DNA of 6,792 nucleotides from Selaginella moellendorffii (taxonomy: Eukaryota > Plantae > Lycopodiophyta). Location: positions 1 to 6,792 of the forward strand of contig NW_003314690.1 of assembly GCF_000143415.4 (NCBI RefSeq). The letters are read 5' to 3'. The notes beneath the pieces were generated by a model. That model was not told the origin of the DNA and ran no database searches. It was given only the letters and a program-made list of their open reading frames with translations. Positions 1 through 6,792 of this stretch are shown one piece after another (within the stretch, counting starts at the first letter, position 1; each line of letters opens with the position of its first letter). A program made the translations under genes and the position numbers.

Positions 1-1
1 A

Positions 2-1284
2 TTGGTGGATGGGATTCTCTACTACAATGGCCGTGTCTATTTGCCACGGGTGGATGCGTTAATTACTCAAGTTTTATTCCACTATCATGATCGTCCCGAG
101 GCCGGTCATTTTGGGGGGAAGAAGACGTATGAATTGATTAAGCGCAACTTTTATTGGAGGAATATGAAGGTTGATATCCTCAAGTATTGTAAATCATGCG
201 AGCTTTGTCAGCGGGTTAAGGTGCCACGGGAGAAGCCGGGGGGACTTTTGCAACCTTTACCTATTCCTCAGAGCCGTTGGTGTAGTATCTCTATGGACTT
301 CATCACTTGTTTGCCACAAACACAGAGGCAAAAGGAGCAAGTATGGGTCATAGTAGATCGGTTGACGAAGTATGTGCGGTTGTTGGCTCTTCGGAAGACT
401 GTCACTGCCTCAGACTTGGCTGCGGTTTACTTGGAGAAGGTTTTTCCTGATTTTGGTTTGCCGGAGGACATCATTAGTGATCGAGATTCAAAGTTCACCA
501 GTGGATTTTGGAAAAGCTTTGCAAAGGCTATGCAAGTGACTTTGAAACTCTCGAGTGGAGATCATCCTCAGACGGATGGGCAAACTGAGCGTGTGAATCA
601 GGTGGTGGAGGATATGCTACGTTGTAGCATTGGTCAAAGGCAAGGATAGTGGGATTTATATCTTCCGTTGGTGCAATTTGCTTACAACAATAGCCAACAC
701 AGTGGAACCAAGCTAAGTCCTTACTTTGCCATGTTTGGAAGGCATCCTCGAACAGCGGTGGAGTTGGGATTGCATTTGAGTAAGGACGTTCAAGATAAGC
801 TTGATTCCGAGGCAACTGATCTGGCCACAGAACTTGATGAGATTCTGGTGGTGTGCAAACAGAATTTGCAAGCAGCTCAGGATNNNNNNNNNNNNNNNNN
901 NNNNNNNNNNNNNNNNNNNNNNNNNNNNNNNNNNNNNNNNNNNNNNNNNNNNNNNNNNNNNNNNNNNNNNNNNNNNNNNNNNNATTCCGGGAATATAAGG
1001 TGGGTGATCTTGTCTTTGTGCGAGTGATCTTTCCGTCAAGTGAGCGGCAGAACACCCTGGTGCCTTTACGGATAGGGAAGAGTGATAAACTTTCCCATCG
1101 ATATGCTGGTCCATATGAAGTGCTGGAGCGCATTGGTAAAGCGGCTTATCGGGTGCGGCTGCCAGCTGGGGTGAAAATTCATCCGGTATTTTATGTCAGC
1201 CAGTTGAAAGGTGTACTATCTCGGAGTGACAGGCCCAATGCCTCCTTGATGTATACGGCTGTGGAAGATGGACCAGGAGCTTGA
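2..1284 (+). pseudogene. Retrotransposon integrase (pol C-terminus), 5'-partial, with premature TAG at 647-649
   Basis: Zn-binding H..GH..CxxC (HDRPEAGHFG...CELC); core motifs SMDFI, IVDRLTK, IISDRDSKF, HPQTDGQTERVN. The frame continues after the TAG (WDLYLPLVQFAYNNS). C-terminal GPY/F module VGDLVFV...YAGPYEVLERIG..AYRVRLP...IHPVFYVSQLK. The apparent frame change at 884-983 is caused by the N gap. Confidence 0.93.
884..983. other. Assembly gap, 100 N placeholder; true length probably about 32 bp
   Basis: The paralogous inverted copy (1737-1768) has 32 nt between the same flanks, which keeps integrase in frame (QD-RAEKFANEHRQ-F). Confidence 0.85.
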
Positions 1285-1345
1285 GCAGGATTCCCCAGAA
1301 AGGGTGATCACCGGTACAACTCGTCCTTGGGACAAGGACTTTGTT

Positions 1346-1357
1346 GGGGGGGAAGAA
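1346..1357 (+). promoter_or_regulatory. Polypurine tract (plus-strand primer)
   Basis: GGGGGGGAAGAA, one base before TGTTAGG and about 60 bp after the integrase stop. It is preceded by a 7-bp hairpin GTCCTTG-GGA-CAAGGAC (1323-1339). Confidence 0.9.
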
Positions 1358-1358
1358 T

Positions 1359-1591
1359 TGTTAGGCGCCAGCTTTGACTACGTGGTCAACGTCGGTCAAA
1401 GGGAGGCTCAAGGGTATATTGAGGCATGTTAGGGTAAGGGACTTAACCTACCCTAGGGCTCACAGTGGAGTGGCGGCGCAGTGGAGCTTTTGAGGTAGCT
1501 CGGGGGTGGTTGGGTGGTGAGGAACCTCAAGAGGTGGCGTAGCATAGTCTAGGGCAACTAGATCTTTGTCTTTTTGCGCCGGATCATAACA
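1359..1591 (+). repeat. Putative 3' LTR of copy A (233 bp, TGTTA...TAACA)
   Basis: Starts with TG right after the PPT and ends TAACA exactly where homology to the inverted integrase begins. The start is well supported. The end is inferred because no second LTR copy is in the window. Confidence 0.65.
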
Positions 1592-2290
1592 CTCCAGCAC
1601 TTCATTTGGACCAGCATATCAATGGGAGAGTTTATCACTCTTCCCTATCCGTAAAGGCACCAAGGTGTTCCGCCGCTCACTTGACGGAAAGATCACTCGC
1701 ACAAAGACAAGATCACCCACCTTATATTCCTAGAATTGGCGATGCTCATTGGCAAACTTCTCCGCTCTATCCTGAGCTGCTTGCAAATTCCGTTTGCACA
1801 CCACCAGAATCTCATCAAGTTCTGTGGCCAGATCAGTTGCCTCAGAATCAAGCTTATCTTGAACGTCCTTACTCAAATGCAATCCCAACTCCACCGCTGT
1901 TNNNNNNNNNNNNNNNNNNNNNNNNNNNNNNNNNNNNNNNNNNNNNNNNNNNNNNNNNNNNNNNNNNNNNNNNNNNNNNNNNNNNNNNNNNNNNNNNNNN
2001 NNNNNNNNNNNNNNNNNNNNNNNNNNNNNNNNNNNNNNNNNNNNNNNNNNNNNNNNNNNNNNNNNNNNNNNNNNNNNNNNNNNNNNNNNNNNNNNNNNNN
2101 NNNNNNNNNNNNNNNNNNNNNNNNNNNNNNNNNNNNNNNNNNNNNNNNNNNNNNNNNNNNNNNNNNNNNNNNNNNNNNNNNTGTCCTCTGGCAAACCAAA
2201 ATCAGGAAAAACCTTCTCCAAGTAAACCGCAGCCAAGTCTGAGGCAGTGACAGTCTTCCGAAGAGCCAACAACCGCACATACTTCATCAA
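1592..2290 (-). pseudogene. Integrase internal fragment (core from L(T/M)KYVRLL to GP.EVLE), with stops at 1732-1730 and 1621-1619
   Basis: Near-identical to copy A 362-1128. It lacks HHCC and the first catalytic Asp region, and has CGG>TAG and CGA>TGA relative to copy A. Confidence 0.92.
1902..2181. other. Assembly gap or mask, 280 N
   Basis: Its length equals exactly the homologous segment 471-750 of copy A (280 bp). Confidence 0.9.
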
Positions 2291-2978
2291 GTACATCCCA
2301 TACTGCTGCTTCTCCCCCACACGTGCCTTGGTCCCCCAAGTCACGAACAAACAGCAAGTAACTCGAAAGTGCTTTTCCATTACGACAAGCCCGCTTCAAA
2401 GATGTAGCAGAGAGCATAACAACTGGTGGTTGAACGCCCTCGCCAAACCACATATCTTTAACGGCACCATACTCCAGCGAGATACGCTTAATGCTCCACT
2501 TTATCTCTGGATCCACCTTCACCAACCATGGCATCCCAAGAATGAGATACACACGATGAATATCCGTGAGATAAAAAGTCTCCACAAGTGTGGTTTTGCC
2601 AACCAACACTTCCAGCCCCTCGACACAAGCATCGAAATGTTGAGTAGAGGTGGCTGCACCTTCCACTGTGTATGGAAGAACTCCACGTGTGACCAGGCCA
2701 TGCTCCGCAACAAACTTTGCCGAAACAAAGTTGTCATTGCTCCCACTATCCAGTAAAATCCACACTGGATCGCCACGGAACATGCCCTCCAGCATTAAAG
2801 CTGATTCACGCGTATCCTCGAGCTCCATCTTATTCCACACACAGTTGAGCTGACGAGCAATGATCGAAAGTTGCTTCCTCCGACCGAGGATGGTCAGAAT
2901 GGTCGTTCTCCTCATCCTCACGCTGCAAAGTTTGCAACTTTTTAGTATCGGACTTACCGTGAGAAGAAGATTGGCCAT
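2291..2978 (-). pseudogene. Retropepsin-type aspartic protease and linker (pol N-terminus), truncated before RT
   Basis: VWILLDSGSNDNFVS active-site motif (Asp codon 2750-2748) and the LILGMPWL motif. It ends in the linker-like VWDVLDE at the deletion junction. The first 40 or so ORF residues overlap the gag frame and may not be real. Confidence 0.9.
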
Positions 2979-3960
2979 TCTTCTTGTCCTGCTACTTGTT
3001 CTTCAACTGCAGACAATCAGCCTTGTAGTGTCCAAGTTTGCCGCAATGATGACAACCCTGTCTATAATTCTTCACAAAGAACTTCTGCTTCTTGGACCCC
3101 TTTGCATCTGAAGTAGTCACCACCGACTTCAACTTGTGATGCTTGTTCCCATCCTTGTGTCCACGGCGATCATCACGACGATTCTCGACAGAAGGACTCT
3201 GCGAACGCTTGCGAGACTTGTGCTTGTCATTGTCAAGTCGACGAGCTGCATCAAAGAGCTCCTCTAAACTCTTTGTAGGCTGAGAATAACGCAAGTGTTG
3301 CCGCATGCTCTCACTATGTAGGCCATCAATGAAGTAGGACTTGTTCTGATCTGGATCCTTCGTTGGAACATGACTAATCAAGCGAGTAAGCTTCTCAATA
3401 TAGTCCACGAGCGTCATTTTCCCTTGCTGGAAATGTTGAAGTTCTGTACGAGCATTCTCCACGTCGTAATGAGGGGCAAAATGTAAACGGAAAGCAGCCT
3501 CAAACTCATCCATGGTAGACACTGGTGGTTTCTTATCCGCAACACGGGACTCCTCAAGCCAATTCCACCATCGAAGACCCGCATCACGCAAAACCATCGG
3601 AATAGCCACTAAAGCCTCTGCATCCGGAATTCCCCTAGCAGCCAAGAACTTCTTTACATTGGCTAGCCAAGCGAGACGCTCATCCACACCACCATCACCG
3701 GAAAAAGTTGGAATCTTGAGTCGATCTACCAAAGAAGGCTTACTTGGAGCGCTACCCCGTCCAGCCTCGAGTGCCTCAACACGCCCACGCATGGTATCCA
3801 TCATGCCATGCATCTCATCTTGCATCTCTTGCTAATTTTTATTAAGGGCTCGTAGCTCATGAACCACATCTTGAATGGTCCAAATTTCCGCAGCTTCGTC
3901 GGCACCATCGTCGGCACCACCATCGACAATAGGATTCCAGCGTTCAGCTTGGTCGGCCAT
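2830..3960 (-). pseudogene. Gag (capsid-like domain plus CCHC zinc knuckle), with two in-frame TAGs
   Basis: ATG at 3960 (MADQAERWNP...) is in frame with ORF 3825-2992 through a TAG at 3834-3832. Capsid-like motifs IPTFSG, LRDAGLRWW, FQQGKMTLVDY, YFIDGL. Knuckle CHHCGKLGHYKADC at 3054-3013. After the TAG at 2994-2992 the frame stays open to TAA at 2832-2830. Confidence 0.88.
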
Positions 3961-3971
3961 CGCAACCAATT

Positions 3972-3982
3972 CTCTGATACCA
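3972..3982 (-). promoter_or_regulatory. Primer-binding site complementary to the 3' end of initiator tRNA-Met
   Basis: Minus strand TGGTATCAGAG, one base after the LTR terminus ...CCTAACA. This is the canonical plant iMet PBS. Confidence 0.93.
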
Positions 3983-4109
3983 ATGTTAGGATTCTATCCC
4001 TTACACCCTAAACCAACTGGCTAAAGGGGTGATCACTTGATTGTAGGGCCCTTTCCTTATCCTATTATCCTGACTTGGTGCCTAACAAACTCTCAGTAAG
4101 GAGACTGGT

Positions 4110-4304
4110 TTGGGCACACCGCCAAGCGAAGGATGCCTCGGAGTCGTGATGCACATTTAGATTGCTTAGAGTGAAATCTCGGCATATCTAACTTGAACAC
4201 TTTGGTGCAAAGGGCACCAAGGACATGGTGAATGAGATGGGGACACCTAGTTTCAATTGCTATGGATCCTTGGCCGGAAGGGCTGGCTTGGGCACACCGC
4301 CAAG
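4110..4304 (+). repeat. Dispersed direct repeat TTGGGCACACCGCCAAG (4110-4126 and 4288-4304)
   Basis: 17-bp exact match. Similarity extends to CTGG upstream and GGATGCC..GG.GTC downstream. Confidence 0.85.
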
Positions 4305-5428
4305 TGTGGGGGATGCCCCTGGGGTCATAGTCAACAACTTAGAAGGGTTTGGAAGACCTATTAAGGGGTTAAGATGAGATCATTAAGTGATCTTGTGGCT
4401 AAATAAGGACAAGGTCTTTGTTTGGGTTAAGGAATATGATCCTTAGTTCAAAGTGTTGATTTGAACTAGTGATAGTGGTGTGGCTTGGTCAAGGTGACCA
4501 AGTGGGAAGAACACCTAAGGGAAATGAGCTATGTCAATGCTATGGCATAGTAAGTCCGAAGAAAGTAGTCTTTATAAGAGATCCAAGGGAGGGTCTCAAA
4601 AGTTGGGTTGTGGATAGAGCCTATGGCAGAAAATGTTAAAGAGACGTACTAGGGGTGAACACCCTCTGGACTTGGCAAAGCAAAGTGCTTGCTATGGAAT
4701 TGAAAGAAAACATCAAAAATGGAGGTAGCGATCCTATGTTGCATGGTGCAACAATCAAGGATAGGAGCAAAAGATTAGTGGCTAAGAAAAGAGCCATGGG
4801 AATCATAGGAAAGAATCTAAATGGCAAAATTAGGCCGAGAACACTAATGTGTTGGGTGCTAACGGATTGTGGGAAAGGCAATATTTCCCCAAAGGTGGAT
4901 TCCCAACTGCTCCGATTTGGCGAAAGTGGATGCTCCAAAGGGGGGATTGGTAAGGTAGCCAAATAATAGGGCTGTGGGCAGCCCTAACACCAATTATGAT
5001 AACTGGAACTTAGTGCCCAAAGATGGCATGATATCGAAGAGAGGATGATGGTACCCTCAAGTAAAGAACTTCCTAGGATAGGGAAGTGGAGTTGCACCAT
5101 GTGCAACGTAAGGTGTCGGAGACACCTAGGAAATTGACTCGGAGAAGTCAAAATTAAAAGTTCCAAAGTGCAAAGGTTATGTTAATGGAATCTGAGACTA
5201 CTCGAGAATGAGTAGTGGAATTGAGTTAGAGAGGGTGTCTCTAACGGGTTTAGCGAGAACTGAACCAATAAAAGGGAGGAAACCACCCCAGGTAGTCAAG
5301 TGAGTCTCTATGTTGGAGAGACTATGCTTCTTAGTGGATGGACAAGGCATGGTGAGCCTTCGGGGTCAAACCATAGACAAATACTGGCTGGGTGCCAAGG
5401 ATGGGAATGGTAATACCTGCGGGTGTTA

Positions 5429-5439
5429 CTTTATAAAAG
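5429..5439. promoter_or_regulatory. Possible TATA box, readable on both strands
   Basis: CTTTATAAAAG reads TATAAAAG on + and TATAAAG on -, about 90 bp from the minisatellite. Motif only. Confidence 0.25.
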
Positions 5440-5525
5440 GGTTTCCCGTTCGATGAGGACATCGAACTTCGTCTATGGGTGGTGGAGTTGTGAGACACAA
5501 ATCCCTAAGCCCCAAAGTGTACTCC

Positions 5526-5827
5526 GAGGTGGACCCGAGATAGAGTCTGAGATGGACCGAGATGGAGTCCGAGATGGAGTCCGAGAAGGACCCGAGATGG
5601 AGTCCAAGATGGACCTGAGATGGAGTCCAAGATGGACCCGAGATGGAGTTTGAGATGGAGTCCGAGATGGACCCGAGATGGAGTTTGAGATGGAGTCTAA
5701 GATGGACCGAGATGGAGTTCGAGATGGAGTCATAGATGGAGTCTGAGAAGGACCAGAGATGGAGTCCAAGATGGACCCGAGATGGAGTCCGAGATGGACC
5801 CAAGATGGAGTCCGAGATAGACCCGAG
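5526..5827. repeat. Minisatellite, 26 units mixing GAGATGGAGTCC (12 bp) and GAGATGGACC(C) (10-11 bp)
   Basis: Units parsed by hand. Most variation falls at the CCG spanning unit junctions. Confidence 0.97.
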
Positions 5828-6792
5828 TGTAAGCAACTAATTTTTCCATTCTACTTTAGTCACTTAACCACACCTCCGACCACTTGGAGGAGTCTCATTC
5901 ACAACCTCCATAAGTCCCATTCAGGACTTGGGGCTTGCTAGCCCTGAGAATGGCATCCATGCCACTCAACCTTTGCACTTGGTCCAAGTGCTCCATGTGT
6001 CCGATCCCACGACCGACACCCAAAGGTACCACTGACATCTCGGCCCGTTACGCTAAGGCCATGCCCATTCACCTTTGCTGCACTAGTGGTCCAATACCAC
6101 TGGCATCACCATCCCGTCTCTCCAAGACTGGGCCATCTGTCCACGAGGGGTCATCCTAGATCCACTCCTTAGCATCCTTAGGATGCCCATAGACCTGGGG
6201 AATTGCCTTCCCCAAAGTCCCTTTGTCAGTTCCTACCAAGTCCCTTTCTGCCCCTAGCCGTGTTTGACAACACTGCCACTGGATCGAGGCCCACAGGCCC
6301 GACCACTAAGTCCCACGGTCCTCCGGGACTTCCTCACCACATGACTGTGTCCTTGGTCACTACCCCAGAGGACTGCTCCTCTTCCTTCCCACAGTCTGGG
6401 CCTTTGGGACGACATTTCGGAACACCGTGGCCTTACGCGAGCTACCTGGGTACTCTCCCCACCTATCGCCTTTAGGTGCTCTAGCCATGGGCTTAGAGCG
6501 AGGTTCCGTTGAGCCACGCCTGGTATCCAAGTAGGTAGTGCCACCCACACTTGGACTGGGAGCATCGGCCAGTCGATCTCCCGGGGGAACTAGAGCCGGC
6601 TCTTGAAAACTTCACCAAGCTACCCCGCTTGTCGGTCCGTGTTCACTCTAGTCTTGGACTTCCCAGTGGGCAGCTCATCACCCAACACTGGGTCCGGCCT
6701 TCCTGGGCCAAACTGGTCTTTCCTGGCCAAACTGGCTCCACCGCAGTCCTCCCCCTACTATACTTTTGAAGCTCACCAAACGTCAGTACTTC

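Larger units (their letters stand above)
1..1591 (+). mobile_element. Ty3/gypsy LTR retrotransposon, 3' portion (copy A): integrase, PPT, putative 3' LTR
   Basis: Integrase is the last pol domain, followed by a polypurine tract and TGTTAGG, which is the Ty3/gypsy order. The 5' part of the element lies outside the window. Confidence 0.93.
362..2290. repeat. Long inverted repeat: 362-1128 versus 2290-1592
   Basis: Manual alignment of the three non-N blocks (362-470, 751-883, 984-1128) gave 11 differences in 387 bp. The spacer is 1129-1591. Confidence 0.95.
4070..5470 (+). ncRNA. Candidate large structured RNA domain (hairpin-dense, unclassified)
   Basis: About 20 stems of 6-12 bp seen by eye, many with G-U pairs on the + strand, purine-rich loops and one C(UUCG)G loop. 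No family recognised and no evidence of transcription. Confidence 0.35.
1592..6792 (-). mobile_element. Non-autonomous Ty3/gypsy element (copy B): LTR-PBS-gag-protease-partial integrase, lacking RT/RNase H
   Basis: Minus-strand order CCTAACA / TGGTATCAGAG / gag / LLDSGS protease / integrase core. Interrupted at 1592. The right-hand extent is uncertain. Confidence 0.85.
3984..6792 (-). repeat. Probable long 5' LTR of copy B (3' terminus at 3984; 5' terminus not seen)
   Basis: The minus-strand end CCTAACA is next to the PBS and is the inverted complement of TGTTAGG at 1359. No credible coding sequence up to the window end. Only the 3984 boundary is firm. Confidence 0.55.

Noticed and set aside
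2841-2886. Hammerhead-like core on + strand: CTGACGA-GCAATGATC-GAAA
   Set aside because: Stem II is 1 bp, stem III is at best 2 weak pairs and stem I is bulged. It lies antisense to coding sequence, so it is probably chance.
2950-2962. Consensus splice donor G|GTAAGT on the minus strand after the zinc knuckle, as a route from gag to pol
   Set aside because: The best-looking nearby acceptor (TCGTCAG) keeps the gag frame, and the frame-correcting AG lacks a pyrimidine tract.
2986-2994. Programmed stop-codon readthrough at the gag TAG
   Set aside because: The context TAG-CAG-GAC is not the CARYYA signal, and readthrough would not enter the protease frame.
528-3835. Antisense and alternate-frame ORFs over gag/pol (e.g. 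528-1133, 1606-2250, 2247-2756, 3512-3835)
   Set aside because: Shadow frames of retrotransposon coding sequence, several inflated by N runs.
4006-4014. CCCTAAACC as a telomeric repeat or telomerase-RNA template
   Set aside because: Single 9-nt match, with no array and no recognisable upstream snRNA-type promoter.
4081-4989. CCTAACA at 4081-4087 and 4983-4989 as the far LTR boundary of copy B
   Set aside because: Neither is flanked by sequence matching copy A's LTR start, and the hairpin-rich composition continues across both. Not formally excluded.
4636-5166. Short ORFs 4636-4962, 4655-4966 and 4984-5166 as accessory or env-like genes
   Set aside because: Short, mostly non-ATG starts, no recognisable motif, and overlapping on opposite strands.
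5526-5827. CRISPR-like array
   Set aside because: Contiguous 10-12 bp units with no unique spacers and no cas genes, in a eukaryotic retrotransposon context.
5423-5941. ORFs across the minisatellite (SRTP/SISD repeats)
   Set aside because: Low-complexity translations of stop-poor repeats. Unit lengths of 10/11/12 do not preserve frame.
5935-6769. Several 60-100 aa ORFs
   Set aside because: No recognisable domains. Expected by chance in GC-rich non-coding DNA.

Overview
Eukaryotic, most likely plant, repetitive DNA with no host genes. It holds two degenerate Ty3/gypsy LTR retrotransposon copies in tail-to-tail orientation. Copy A (+, 1-1591) is the 3' end of an element: integrase (HHCC, DDE core, GPY/F module, one premature stop), a polypurine tract, and a 233-bp TGTTA...TAACA segment interpreted as its 3' LTR. 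That segment abuts the middle of copy B's integrase. Copy B (-, 1592 to the window end) has a probable long 5' LTR ending CCTAACA, a tRNA-iMet primer-binding site, gag with a CCHC knuckle and an aspartic protease. It then jumps at a microhomology straight into the integrase core, so RT and RNase H are absent and it is non-autonomous. The two integrase segments are about 97% identical by hand count and form a long inverted repeat. The least explained part is the non-coding 2.8 kb at 3984-6792: a block of nearly back-to-back hairpins whose G-U pairs favour the + strand (antisense to copy B), a 26-unit 10-12 bp minisatellite flanked by AGTGTA, and a second hairpin-rich block of opposite strand skew. 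All analysis was by eye; no folding or database search was run.
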